Below, one piece after another: positions 21,542-31,437 of a DNA stretch of 64,000 nucleotides (position 1 is the stretch's first letter; each line of letters starts with the position of its first letter). Both the position numbers and the translations under genes were made by a program. Source of the stretch: a virus; the IMG/VR virus record IMGVR_UViG_3300049595_004364, positions 3,322-67,321 of that record. One strand, written 5' to 3'. The notes below the pieces were generated by a model, which ran no database searches, was not told where the DNA came from, and worked only from the letters and a program-made list of their open reading frames with translations.

Positions 21542-21691
21542 ATGAAATATTTACTATTATTATTACTAGTTGGTTGTGCTACAGTTGAACCAAAAAGACT
21601 ACCAGAAGCAAAAGATAAAGTAAACGTACCACAATGGGAAGAGTATTGCTCACGTAATGAATGGATTGATCCCGCTTGTGAGGTAAAGTAA
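21542..21691 (+). CDS. Small lipoprotein (49 aa) resembling the N-terminus of BTLCP proteases
   Basis: Not in the ORF track: MKYLLLLLLVGCATVEPKRLPEAKDKVNVPQWEEYCSRNEWIDPACEVK; AGGAG RBS, lipobox LVGC. Confidence 0.75.
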   Translation: MKYLLLLLLVGCATVEPKRLPEAKDKVNVPQWEEYCSRNEWIDPACEVK

Positions 21692-22101
21692 TGTTTGAAT
21701 TGCAAGACAACAAAGTGAAAGAAACTTCAGAGCTATCTACTCTTTTACGTACTATTAATAACAAAGTCAATAAAATTAAATACATTGAAGATAAAAGGGT
21801 GCACAATCAAGTAGATTACTGGACGGCATATATGAATAAGTATGACGCCGGAGATTGTGATGACTATGCTCTAACAAAACGTAGACTACTTATAGAAGCA
21901 GGAGTACCTTATCAGTGTCTTTTACCTACTGTGTGTATGGTTGGAGAAGAAGGCCACCTAGTACTTGTCATACGAACGGAAAATGCTGACCTTGTTATGG
22001 ATAACGTAGAACCACAAGTATTGTCCGTAGATAAATTTAATTATAAGTGGCTTTTTAGATTAGAACCCACAACAAAAAAATGGATTAAACTGTATAAGTA
22101 A
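21691..22101 (+). CDS. Transglutaminase-like cysteine protease (BTLCP/Peptidase C93, LapG-like)
   Basis: 'DYW...GDCDDYALTKRRLL...GHLVLVI...DLVMDN' Cys-His-Asp triad. Confidence 0.88.
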   Translation: MFELQDNKVKETSELSTLLRTINNKVNKIKYIEDKRVHNQVDYWTAYMNKYDAGDCDDYALTKRRLLIEAGVPYQCLLPTVCMVGEEGHLVLVIRTENADLVMDNVEPQVLSVDKFNYKWLFRLEPTTKKWIKLYK

Positions 22102-22102
22102 T

Positions 22103-22137
22103 AAAAACCCGCCGAGGCAACTCGGCGGGTTTCTTTT
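22103..22137. terminator. Bidirectional terminator between convergent late and early operons
   Basis: AAAAACCCGCCGAG-gcaa-CTCGGCGGGTTTCTTTT. Confidence 0.9.
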
Positions 22138-22282
22138 ACTCTTTAGTTAACTCAGCAATTTGTTTTTGTAGCTTACTTATAATAGCAGAAGCTTGGGCTA
22201 ACTGATCATAAGCTTGGTTTCTTTGTGCTTGAAGGCTCTGAATAATTGCGTTAACTTCGTCTATGTTTACTTCATTTTCCAT
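22136..22282 (-). CDS. Small coiled-coil protein (48 aa)
   Basis: MENEVNIDEVNAIIQSLQAQRNQAYDQLAQASAIISKLQKQIAELTKE; start overlaps the nrdB stop. Confidence 0.6.
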   Translation of the reverse strand: MENEVNIDEVNAIIQSLQAQRNQAYDQLAQASAIISKLQKQIAELTKE

Positions 22283-23235
22283 TAAAATATATCTTCCCAG
22301 TTTCCAGTAGTGGATGCTTTTGCGTACTCCGTAGGTCTATTTTCAAAGAAGTTAGTGTGCTCAACCGCATTAATCATAGCGTCAATCCAAGGCAGCGGAT
22401 TATGCTCAATCTTGAAGATATTCTTGAGACCCAACTGACTTAGTCTTCTACCAGTAATATACCTAATGTACATTTTAACATCATTAGGTACAAGACCCGG
22501 CACACTTGCACCCTCAAAGCAGGTGTCAATAAAAGCATCTTCTAGCTCTACAATACGTTCTGCAATAGAGTATAGTGAGGATTTAAGAGCATCTGTCCAT
22601 AGCTCCGGATTTTCTTCGATGTACGTTCTAAACAGTTTTGTCATACCTTCTACATGAAGGGCTTCGTCTCTTACAGACCAGGATACGATCTGTCCCATAT
22701 TCTTCATAAGATTATGACGAGGGAAATTAAGCAGAATAGCAAAACTACTAAAAAGTTGAACTCCTTCGGTAAACCCGCTATATACTGCTAGCGATTTAGC
22801 AATATCTGCAGGCGTATCCATATTAAACTTTTCTAGATACTCATGTTTGTCCCGCATAGCTTTATAATTGCTAAACATCTTATATTCATCATCTGAAAGA
22901 CCAAGACTTTCAATAAGGAGACTATAAGCGTCAATGTGTACGGCTTCCATGCCAGCAAATGCACTCATCATCATGCGAATTTCAGGAGCTTTGAAAGTAG
23001 GAAGATAGTGCTGGCAGTATCCGCCAGCAACATCAATGTCCCCTTGCGTAAAGAACCTAAAAATTTGCGTAATAAGTTTACGATTTTCTGGTTTTAGCTT
23101 TTGATTGTAATCTTTAATATCGTCTGCAAGAGGCACTTCTGCAGGTGACCAATGCATGTTTTGTTGAGCTTTATAAAGATCGTATGCCCAAGGGTACTTA
23201 AACGGTTTAAAGTAGTCTCTAGTTTCTGTTAACAT
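22282..23235 (-). CDS. nrdB: Ribonucleotide reductase class Ia beta subunit
   Basis: 'FFTQGD', 'EAVH..AY', 'EGVQLFSSF', 'RDEALH', 'NFFE' motifs. Confidence 0.97.
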   Translation of the reverse strand: MLTETRDYFKPFKYPWAYDLYKAQQNMHWSPAEVPLADDIKDYNQKLKPENRKLITQIFRFFTQGDIDVAGGYCQHYLPTFKAPEIRMMMSAFAGMEAVHIDAYSLLIESLGLSDDEYKMFSNYKAMRDKHEYLEKFNMDTPADIAKSLAVYSGFTEGVQLFSSFAILLNFPRHNLMKNMGQIVSWSVRDEALHVEGMTKLFRTYIEENPELWTDALKSSLYSIAERIVELEDAFIDTCFEGASVPGLVPNDVKMYIRYITGRRLSQLGLKNIFKIEHNPLPWIDAMINAVEHTNFFENRPTEYAKASTTGNWEDIF

Positions 23236-25002
23236 TTATCCCTCACATGCTAGACACTCAGTGTCTACTGGCTTTGAGAAGTCAAAGTTATATCTTTCCA
23301 TTTTCTGAGAAAGATTATCTGACCGCCTCCAAGCTTCTGATCTTAAATAGTATAGTGTCTTTACTTCTTTTTTCCAAGCTAGCATATGTATATAATGCAA
23401 TTCTTGTTTGCTTACGTCAGCCGGAAAGAAGAGATTTAAAGATTGAGACTGGCAGATATATTGTTGTCTATCTGCAGCGTGCTCAATAACCCATCTTTGG
23501 TCGATCTCTACTGCCGTTTTAAATACTTCTTTTAGCTGTTCAGGAATATCTAGATGTTGAACACTTCCCCTGTTTGCCATAATGCTTGTCCATACTGCTT
23601 CAGTATTCATACCTAGTCTCTCTAGTTGAGCTTCTAGGTACTTATTCTTCAACATGAACGTACCGCTCATTGTTTTCTGATTAAAAGCATTTGCTCTAAA
23701 AGGTTCAATTCCAGGACTTGTATTACCACAGATAATGCTAGAAGAAGCATTAGGTGCAATTGCTAGCAGATGCGCGTTTCTAACGTTGTGCCCTTTAGCG
23801 TCTGGGCAAGCACCTCTCTCAATTGCTAGTCTAGTTGTTTCTTCTACAGCCTGGTCTTTAATGTTTTTAAAGATAGCGTTGTTAATGCTTTTAGCAATTG
23901 CACTCTCAAATGCAACGCCTTTGGATTGCAGGTAGGAGTGAAAACCCATTGCGCCAAGGCCGATGGATCTTTCTCTAGTTGCAGAGTAAATAGCTTTATA
24001 TAGCTGCTCTGGAGCGTTGTCAATAAAATACTGTAGTACGTTATCAAGCATACGAATTAGATCAGGAATAAAATTCTTATTATTTTTCCACTCGTCATAC
24101 TTCTCGATGTTTACAGAGGATAGGCAACATACAGCGGTCCTATTCTGATCGGTAGGTAAGGTAATTTCAGAGCAGAGATTGCTCTGTCTTACTTTGAGAC
24201 CTAGACGCGCTTGGAAATCTGGCAATGCATCGTTGACGGTATCTTCCCACATAATATATGGTTCGCCCGTCTCAGCTCTGTTTTGGATAATTTTAATCCA
24301 CAAGGCTTTAGCCGATACTGTCTTTATTGTTTTCTTGCTGTGCGGATCAATAAGAGGCCAAGAGTCATCAAAAGTTTTATCAACTGTAGCCTTCTCAATA
24401 ACCCTCATAAACTTATCAGAGATAACAATTCCTTGGTGTATATTGAGACACTTACGATTTGCATCACCTGTGGGTTTTCTGATGTCAAGAAACTCTTCGA
24501 TCTCAGGGTGGGAGACATGCAGGTAGGCTGCGTTAGAACCACGTCTAGTAACCCCCTGCGAGAAAGCTAGCATCAACGAGTCAGTTACCTTAATGAAAGG
24601 AATAACCCCAGTACTCTCCGAACCGCTGGAAGTTTTGACCCCCGAGGATCTAACATCTCCCCAATAGGATCCAATTCCTCCACCTACTGAGGACAAAAAT
24701 GCATCTTCAGTAAATACTTCAGTGATACCATGTCTGCTATCTTCAATATAGTTCAGAAAGCAACTGATAGGCAGACCGCGTGACGACCCACCATTAGACA
24801 AAATAGGGGTTGCAAACATAAACCAGTGCTGACTGGCATAGTCGTAAATTCTTTGAGCGTGCTCTTCGTCGTCAGAAAAAGCCTTTGCTGCTCTAGCAAA
24901 GGCTTCCTGGGGTGATTTCTCTTCTGGCAGCATGTACCTATCTGCTAGGGTTTTTATGCTAAACTCGCCTAAGAGATTATCTCTAGAATAATCTATAATC
25001 AT
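23236..25002 (-). CDS. nrdA: Ribonucleotide reductase class Ia alpha subunit (no ATP-cone)
   Basis: 'ATPILSN', 'SCF', 'SNLCSEI', 'AIAPNASSS', C-terminal 'CLACEG'. Confidence 0.97.
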   Translation of the reverse strand: MIIDYSRDNLLGEFSIKTLADRYMLPEEKSPQEAFARAAKAFSDDEEHAQRIYDYASQHWFMFATPILSNGGSSRGLPISCFLNYIEDSRHGITEVFTEDAFLSSVGGGIGSYWGDVRSSGVKTSSGSESTGVIPFIKVTDSLMLAFSQGVTRRGSNAAYLHVSHPEIEEFLDIRKPTGDANRKCLNIHQGIVISDKFMRVIEKATVDKTFDDSWPLIDPHSKKTIKTVSAKALWIKIIQNRAETGEPYIMWEDTVNDALPDFQARLGLKVRQSNLCSEITLPTDQNRTAVCCLSSVNIEKYDEWKNNKNFIPDLIRMLDNVLQYFIDNAPEQLYKAIYSATRERSIGLGAMGFHSYLQSKGVAFESAIAKSINNAIFKNIKDQAVEETTRLAIERGACPDAKGHNVRNAHLLAIAPNASSSIICGNTSPGIEPFRANAFNQKTMSGTFMLKNKYLEAQLERLGMNTEAVWTSIMANRGSVQHLDIPEQLKEVFKTAVEIDQRWVIEHAADRQQYICQSQSLNLFFPADVSKQELHYIHMLAWKKEVKTLYYLRSEAWRRSDNLSQKMERYNFDFSKPVDTECLACEG

Positions 25003-25016
25003 TAGTGTCCTTCTTC

Positions 25017-25853
25017 TTATGCTAACTTAGCATTATAAATAGTGTTTAGTTTTTGCTTTAGCTCTGGTAGCTTGTCGCCAATTGCATCTTCGTGAAAAGA
25101 GCGTAGGTCAATTAGTTGGTAAGCAAGCATCATAGACTCTTCGGATGCGTTTAGATTAGCAATATACTTAGCTGTGCCTTTCAAAGGCAAGTTACCAATA
25201 ATATCAAAAACAGACCCATACTGTTCGATAAGATCTACAGCACGTTTAGGACCAATGCCATCAACACCCGGAATATCGTCACCGGGGTCACCAACTAGTG
25301 TTTTAAAGTGCACATAGTTTTCAATAGATACTGGGTATTCCCAGTTATCAAAGGTAGTCTCTTTCCTAGTAACTGTAGAAAATCTACTGACATCTTCTTC
25401 GATGAGAAGATCCCAGTCTTTATCAGAGCTAATAAGCCAGATACCATTAATATCTAGCCCGTACTTGTTTTCTACGATGAAAGCCGCAATATCGTCAGCT
25501 TCTACGCCACCCAACTTAATAACGGGGTAGCCACACTTATCGAGGGCCTCCTGAAAAGTCCTGAAGAAATCTTCTGAGCTTTCTTTCTCGGCCTCAGTCT
25601 GATTCTCATGCCGCAATTTTCTACTTAGCTTATAGCCTGGATGGAGGCTCTTACGCCATGTAGAGCCTCCATCAGCAAGTATTACAACCTGCCCACAATC
25701 ATATGACTTAGCCAATGATCGCACAGTATCTTTGAAACCGCTTACAAGTTCGTAGTCGTTACCTGCAATCTTCCAGCGGTACGCTAAGTTAAGCGCATCC
25801 ACCAGTAGAGTGTTCTTTGGATCTCTGGGTTCTTCAACCATTGACTTAGCCAT
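25017..25853 (-). CDS. Flap endonuclease/5'-3' exonuclease (T5 D15-like)
   Basis: 'LVDALNL', 'YK..R', 'EADD', 'SSDKD', 'GDPGDDIPGVDGIGPK'. Confidence 0.95.
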   Translation of the reverse strand: MAKSMVEEPRDPKNTLLVDALNLAYRWKIAGNDYELVSGFKDTVRSLAKSYDCGQVVILADGGSTWRKSLHPGYKLSRKLRHENQTEAEKESSEDFFRTFQEALDKCGYPVIKLGGVEADDIAAFIVENKYGLDINGIWLISSDKDWDLLIEEDVSRFSTVTRKETTFDNWEYPVSIENYVHFKTLVGDPGDDIPGVDGIGPKRAVDLIEQYGSVFDIIGNLPLKGTAKYIANLNASEESMMLAYQLIDLRSFHEDAIGDKLPELKQKLNTIYNAKLA

Positions 25854-25877
25854 AATAATCTCCTATTAGCCATCATA

Positions 25878-26354
25878 CTACTTTTTATCTTTTAAGTCAA
25901 GATCTAATTTAGACATAGCTGTCTTAAATACACCCCACTCGTTTTTTAGCCACTCTTCTGCTACCATACTATAGCAGTCTAGCGGCCCCACATATAAATA
26001 ATTTTTATTCTTAGTGGGCTCAATATTTGTAACTACAAACCACTTACTTCTATCATACTTATAGAATAGTAGTGGGATACACTTAGCTGTTTGAGCCTGC
26101 AGCTTTAATTTGGGCCACCACTTTTGTAGGTTAGCTGTTTTAGAAGTTAGAAGTTTATCATTTAGTGTGGGATCTTTGTAGTTCTTAACTTCAATAACAG
26201 CTAGCTGTTTTTCGTTAGGAATATAAATATCACCTTTTAAATACTCTAAGGCTCCGGAAGCAGGAGTTCTTTCCCAACCGTCTCCCGTTGCTTCTCTCAG
26301 CATATCTCTAACTGCGTATTCTCCTCTTAGTCCTTTAGTTCTGGTATCAACCAT
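25878..26354 (-). CDS. PD-(D/E)XK nuclease/resolvase (T5 D14-like)
   Basis: 'KG.RGE...R.PASGA...KGD...IEVK'; T5 synteny. Confidence 0.85.
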   Translation of the reverse strand: MVDTRTKGLRGEYAVRDMLREATGDGWERTPASGALEYLKGDIYIPNEKQLAVIEVKNYKDPTLNDKLLTSKTANLQKWWPKLKLQAQTAKCIPLLFYKYDRSKWFVVTNIEPTKNKNYLYVGPLDCYSMVAEEWLKNEWGVFKTAMSKLDLDLKDKK

Positions 26355-28137
26355 ATTTTAACCTCGATATATTATTAGTTTTCTGTACCAGAACTTCTTG
26401 AAGTAAAGGATGCGCCCATGCATGTGAAACTAGAAATGTGTTCAGCCCTTCTTCATTTAGTAGTACTTCGACCAACTTTTCTCTACCAAATTCGTCTAGA
26501 ACGTTAATAACCTCGTCCAAGAATAGAATGTTGATTTGTGTTTTGGAAATAGAATTCATCATTTTTCTGATTGCTAGAAGAGTTGCAGTATTGACTCTAG
26601 CCAACTCCCCACTTGAAAGAGCTGATATATCAATCTCTGTCCCCTCATCAGTCAGGGTTACATTTAACTTATCAGAGCTAACTGAGAACGATAAAGTAAA
26701 TCTACCGTCTGATAGTTCTCCTAGATAAGCGTTAGTTAATTCTTCAATATCTTTTACAAGATTCTCTAGTTTATGTGCTACTAGACCATTTGTAGAAAAC
26801 GCTTTCTTTAGTATTTCTACTATCGAAAGAGTATTCATGGTGTCATGTAACCCTTGTTGTAATTTGCTCAGTTCGGCGCGATGTTCATCTAATTGCTGTA
26901 AGATTACGCTGATACGAGAATTGTGTTTTTCAACTTCAATATTCTGCTTAAGAAGGCTATTGTACTGTTCTTTTTGCTTTACAATGTCTTGCTCGATATC
27001 AGATATTTTCTTAGCTAAATCGCCCATGTTTTCTACATCGGTAGTTAGCGTTCTATCTACCTGAACAAAAATAGATTCCCACTCTTGCTTTTTAGACTTA
27101 TTACGCTCTATAAGCTCGTTTAGGGTAGTAGCTTCTTTAATTTCATCAGATATTTGATCATGTTGTTTTTCTAGTGCTTCTAGTTCTTTGGTTGCATCAG
27201 AGATAAATTTACTCTGCAATTCTTTTTGAATATCCTGCTCACAAGTAGGGCACTTATCTCCTAGATTTTGTATCTTAGTTAGAAAAGTTTTTAAGTTCTT
27301 AGTACTAGATTTAATTTCTCCTAGCTTAGAAGACATCTTACTAGTATCAACTTTTTGTAGACCTACATAGTTTTCATCAAACTTTATTTGAGACAACATA
27401 TTTTTTAGCTGATTGTTGTTGTTTATTCTTTTATTGATTTCTTTAATGTTTGCTGCACGCTCTTTTAGCGACCAAAGCTCGTCTTCGTTAAGATCGGGCT
27501 CTTCTATGTTGATAAGCTCTTTAGGACCTTCTGTTAGTCTATTCTTTTCGATCCAACGCTCTACTGAGTCTATAGATCCTTTTACTCGGGATACTTCTGA
27601 ATTACTATCTTGTAATAGCTTTTTAAATATATCATGATACTTTTCGTATTCGTCTAGACTAAACAGATCAATGAGAAACTTTTTTCTATTGGTATCTGTG
27701 GCTGTTAAGAACGATAAGCCCTCTGTGGTGCTTTGATACATAAGTTGCACGAATATTTTAAAGTCTATGCCTAACACTTTTTCTATCGTTTTAAAAGTGT
27801 CAGTAGCAGTATGCGAAGAAATATCTACGCCATCTTCTTTTAGTTTAACCTTTAGAGTAGATTTTCTTTCTAGGTGTACTTCGTAGGCTTTATCTTCATA
27901 TGTAAAAACTAACTGTATCCAATAATTGCCCGTAGTATTTCTATTACCTATATCAGCTTTTTTTATGCCCTTAGAATTTTTATTAAATAATGCTTCTTGA
28001 ATTATAAGAGCTATACTGCTTTTTCCAGAACCATTTTCTCCGCGTAGCTGAGTTATAGTATTTTCGTTTAGAGATAAAACATTATTATCGCCGTAACTAA
28101 AACAATTTCCCCACTTAAGCTCTTGCAGAATTAGCAT
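26347..28137 (-). CDS. SbcC/Rad50-like ATPase (T5 D13)
   Basis: Walker A GENGSGKS, CPTC zinc hook, LSSGE signature, Walker B LFLDE. Confidence 0.95.
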   Translation of the reverse strand: MLILQELKWGNCFSYGDNNVLSLNENTITQLRGENGSGKSSIALIIQEALFNKNSKGIKKADIGNRNTTGNYWIQLVFTYEDKAYEVHLERKSTLKVKLKEDGVDISSHTATDTFKTIEKVLGIDFKIFVQLMYQSTTEGLSFLTATDTNRKKFLIDLFSLDEYEKYHDIFKKLLQDSNSEVSRVKGSIDSVERWIEKNRLTEGPKELINIEEPDLNEDELWSLKERAANIKEINKRINNNNQLKNMLSQIKFDENYVGLQKVDTSKMSSKLGEIKSSTKNLKTFLTKIQNLGDKCPTCEQDIQKELQSKFISDATKELEALEKQHDQISDEIKEATTLNELIERNKSKKQEWESIFVQVDRTLTTDVENMGDLAKKISDIEQDIVKQKEQYNSLLKQNIEVEKHNSRISVILQQLDEHRAELSKLQQGLHDTMNTLSIVEILKKAFSTNGLVAHKLENLVKDIEELTNAYLGELSDGRFTLSFSVSSDKLNVTLTDEGTEIDISALSSGELARVNTATLLAIRKMMNSISKTQINILFLDEVINVLDEFGREKLVEVLLNEEGLNTFLVSHAWAHPLLQEVLVQKTNNISRLKYG

Positions 28138-29053
28138 TGAATACCTCCATAGCTGCTTCTACAGATTCGTTACTTAATTCTAAAACTTCTGTCAAATAAA
28201 TAGCAAGTTCTTCTTCTAAAGTTTTTTCCAATAGATTTATAGTAACTTCACTATTTCTTTTAACGATCTTTTTATCTAGTAATTCTGTATTAACAACTGT
28301 ACTTAATTGTTGTAAATCTCCCTCGATCTCATATATAGTATGATCGTAATCAGTAGCTATCATATCAGCGGGATCTGTAATAGTTTTACGAATAAGTTGC
28401 GGTAGATCAAACTTATGCCAGGTCCATTTTGTTAAGTCGTTTTCATCTATAAGTAGATAACCTGTTTCTACTCTATTTCTATGGAAGCTAGTTGTCATAG
28501 GGCTGCCAGGGTACACAATGTTTCTTTGTGTATTAGAGTGGCTATGTAGATCACCAGCATATACAATAGGAAAATCTTTAAACCGATCTAAGTCTACTTC
28601 GGGTTTTACGTGTGGAGGTATTTCGCCTCTAACGTGAGTAAATAATGCCTTACCTTTATTGCACTTTTCAATACTGTCTTTTTTATGGAGGTCAGCATAG
28701 GGTAAAATTGTGAAGTCATCTAACTCGGTAGTTTTAGTTATAATTTTTACTTTGTTATTTAAGCTTTCTGTGACTACTCTAAGAGAGTCAAAGAAGGTCT
28801 CATTCTTTTTAGTTGCTTCATGGTTGCCGTCATATAGTATTGTATAGGACGTACATTTGGCTACCATGTCAAAATATATTGCTAGCTCGGGTAGTGAAGG
28901 TAGCCTGTCAAATATATCTCCTCCCATAATGTGTAAGGAGCAAGGAACGTTACTTACATCATTAATAAATTTGTAGTATCTTTTCGAAGCCCACTCTACA
29001 GGTATATTTTTAGCTCCCAGCTTTATATGTAAATCTGCTGTAAATAGTATCAT
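28115..29053 (-). CDS. SbcD/Mre11-like nuclease (T5 D12)
   Basis: 'DLH', 'GDIFD', 'GNHE', 'GDLH', 'YPGSP'. Confidence 0.95.
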   Translation of the reverse strand: MILFTADLHIKLGAKNIPVEWASKRYYKFINDVSNVPCSLHIMGGDIFDRLPSLPELAIYFDMVAKCTSYTILYDGNHEATKKNETFFDSLRVVTESLNNKVKIITKTTELDDFTILPYADLHKKDSIEKCNKGKALFTHVRGEIPPHVKPEVDLDRFKDFPIVYAGDLHSHSNTQRNIVYPGSPMTTSFHRNRVETGYLLIDENDLTKWTWHKFDLPQLIRKTITDPADMIATDYDHTIYEIEGDLQQLSTVVNTELLDKKIVKRNSEVTINLLEKTLEEELAIYLTEVLELSNESVEAAMEVFNANSARA

Positions 29054-29067
29054 ATACTCTTTCTGTG

Positions 29068-29100
29068 AAAATAGGGAGGCAAGAGTTTTCTTGCCTCCCT
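29068..29100 (-). terminator. Terminator after the SSB gene
   Basis: AGGGAGGCAAGA / TCTTGCCTCCCT stem with a short U-run on the minus strand. Confidence 0.7.
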
Positions 29101-29108
29101 AAATTTAC

Positions 29109-29750
29109 TTAGGTAAATTCTTCCGGAATCTCATCATCAATTCCTTCACCCTTGCTAGTAGCTCCAACACTACGAAGCTCATCAAGATACTTCTTAATGT
29201 CTTCAGCAGGAGCACGACGCAGTACTTCGTCGATTGTAGGGTAGTTAGCGAGGATGCTTAGCTCATCAGCCGTAAGTGGACGATTTTTGCACTTAAGTTG
29301 CATCGCTACATACTCAACGTTGTAGACTTTAGGGCCGTTCTTGGCGCGAGAGAATACGACATCCCAACCTTCTTTGGGGTCAGAAGGATCCCCAAGGTCT
29401 TCGACCATATTAACAATGGTGCTAAAGAGCTTCTTTTTGTGGTTGAAGATCAGTACTTTGCCGGGATCTTTAAGGTCGATACAGAGGCTAGCGTAGGCCC
29501 ACTCGGGGCTAAGATCCGGGTAATACTCTTTCACCCAGTCTTTTTCTACGTTGTCAAACTTCTCTGTGTCCCGGTTAAATGACAAGCACTCAACTGGGCT
29601 CTTCATACCATCTTTGTTAGGGACCCAGTAAATATATCTAGCAAGAACTCCACCATACAGGCGAACTTTGTTTTCGCCATCCCGCATTTTGTAGCTGGGA
29701 GTTTTTTCTTTGCTTGCTTCGCCTTTTACTTTGTTGAATGATAGTGCCAT
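29109..29750 (-). CDS. ssDNA-binding protein (T5 D11-like)
   Basis: 'LARYIYWV...ECLSFNR...GDPSD...GWD', acidic tail; synteny. Confidence 0.85.
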   Translation of the reverse strand: MALSFNKVKGEASKEKTPSYKMRDGENKVRLYGGVLARYIYWVPNKDGMKSPVECLSFNRDTEKFDNVEKDWVKEYYPDLSPEWAYASLCIDLKDPGKVLIFNHKKKLFSTIVNMVEDLGDPSDPKEGWDVVFSRAKNGPKVYNVEYVAMQLKCKNRPLTADELSILANYPTIDEVLRRAPAEDIKKYLDELRSVGATSKGEGIDDEIPEEFT

Positions 29751-29762
29751 TGTTGTTTTTCC

Positions 29763-30125
29763 TTATTCGTAAGCAAAATGTAATTTGCCGTCTATAGTTG
29801 TTGTGAGTTTATTTTCCGTAGAATTTGCTAGTCTACAGTCTAGTCGTGAGTCCCCGGTTATTATGTAATCTGCATAGCTTCTCCTAGACGCTAGCATAAT
29901 ATACTCTACTATAACTTTAGGGGGTAGATCACTTCGTATTAACAATTCTTCAGGGTTTATTAAGTAGGAGAACCCTGTAAAATCGTAATCGTAATACTTA
30001 TTATACTTTCTTTGGTTTTTAGTAGGTAAAGTTACTGGCCATGTTATAGCTTCCATAATTTTCAGGATATTTCTATTACTTCCAGCACTTACGCTTTTTA
30101 CTTTTTCCCAGGAGAATAGAATCAT
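29763..30125 (-). CDS. Conserved T5-like protein between D10 and D11
   Basis: 'FTGFSYLINPEELL...EYIMLASRRSY'; synteny. Confidence 0.65.
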   Translation of the reverse strand: MILFSWEKVKSVSAGSNRNILKIMEAITWPVTLPTKNQRKYNKYYDYDFTGFSYLINPEELLIRSDLPPKVIVEYIMLASRRSYADYIITGDSRLDCRLANSTENKLTTTIDGKLHFAYE

Positions 30126-30160
30126 AGCATATCCTTAATCTAAAGTCAAGGACAATTTTT
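30121..30160 (-). promoter_or_regulatory. Phage early promoter
   Basis: AAAAATTGTCC-TTGACT-17-TATGAT. Confidence 0.7.
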
Positions 30161-31437
30161 CAAATGTCTTTGATATCGTAACCTTGCTTCATATAATAGG
30201 CTTTTCTACCTGCTGCTTGTTTAGCTACTGTACGACCATCGAGCTGTACATCTACAATAATTGGAGTTTGTTTACCTGGATGCTTTCTGATAACACGACC
30301 TATAAGCTGTTCAAGTAAAGGTTCGTTATTTATTGGCGTAGCTAAAATTAAACAAGATAGTTCGCTAACCGATACTCCTTCCGCAAAAATATTTGTACTG
30401 CCGTATAGTATTTTTGCATCGCCTGATTTAATTTTAGCAATAAGACTATCTCTATCTTTGGTCGGCCCTACCACACAAACACTATTTGGTGTAACTTCAT
30501 GACACCTTTCTAGTAATTTTGTTCTGGCTGCTACCACTAGTACTTTATGCCCTTTAGCTGCGTAAGAAGCTGCTATTAGTGCAATATACTTTTGGTAGTC
30601 TTCTGATGCACATAAATCGTTAACCTTTTCTGCCCAAGATTGTGTACCGTCCGCAACGCGGATGGGAACACTAACTCTGTGTATACTGGGGGTAATGTAA
30701 TTTTCTCTGGGCGGCGTGAAAGTTCTCTTGCTAAAGTAATCGCCGAATAGGAGGTGAAGACCGTCTTTTCTTTTATTGGAGGCAGAAAGGCCAATTTTGT
30801 ACTTGGCATAACTGGAATCAATAAGTGCAGAAAACGTTTTAGAAGGGATATGATGGCATTCGTCAACGATAAGCGTTCCAAAAGTTTTCTCCAAAATAGA
30901 CTTAGGGATCTTAGTAAGGCTTTGTATATTACCAATTGTTATTGGAGCAGAAAAATCAATTTTACCACTACCAATAATTGATGGAGTAAAGCCGTATACT
31001 TTTTTTACCTCTTCTACCCACTGATCCCTCAATGCTAGGGTATGAACTATAACTAAAGTTTTTTGCGCAAGCTTGCCTGCTATTGCCAAAGCTGTAAATG
31101 TTTTACCAAAACTAGTCCAAGCGTTAATAAAAGCATCCGAGTTAATTTGGGTATAGATCTCCTGTTGAGATTCCCTAAGCTCAAATTTGAACGGAGGGAA
31201 CTCAGCAGGAACTTCAACACGCTTATTAATTATATCATAATACTCAGGTATAAGGTCAACCCTACCACTAGGTATTGATAAAAGTCCTGGGCGTATTATT
31301 CTAGCTGTAGTTATAATTTTTGGAGGCAGTTCTGGCCGGTAAGCATCAATACTATATGTTAGGCTCTTTAATATTTCTTTTTCTACTTCTAGATCAGTTT
31401 CTATAAAGATCCTATTAGTAATGATTGCTTTAGTCAT
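30160..31437 (-). CDS. SF2 helicase (T5 D10/UvsW-like)
   Basis: 'SFGKT', 'DECH', 'QLIGRVIR'. Confidence 0.93.
   Translation of the reverse strand: MTKAIITNRIFIETDLEVEKEILKSLTYSIDAYRPELPPKIITTARIIRPGLLSIPSGRVDLIPEYYDIINKRVEVPAEFPPFKFELRESQQEIYTQINSDAFINAWTSFGKTFTALAIAGKLAQKTLVIVHTLALRDQWVEEVKKVYGFTPSIIGSGKIDFSAPITIGNIQSLTKIPKSILEKTFGTLIVDECHHIPSKTFSALIDSSYAKYKIGLSASNKRKDGLHLLFGDYFSKRTFTPPRENYITPSIHRVSVPIRVADGTQSWAEKVNDLCASEDYQKYIALIAASYAAKGHKVLVVAARTKLLERCHEVTPNSVCVVGPTKDRDSLIAKIKSGDAKILYGSTNIFAEGVSVSELSCLILATPINNEPLLEQLIGRVIRKHPGKQTPIIVDVQLDGRTVAKQAAGRKAYYMKQGYDIKDI

Noticed and set aside
47-21806. Minus-strand ORFs within the tail operon
   Set aside because: Shadow ORFs of long plus-strand genes, with no RBS or motifs
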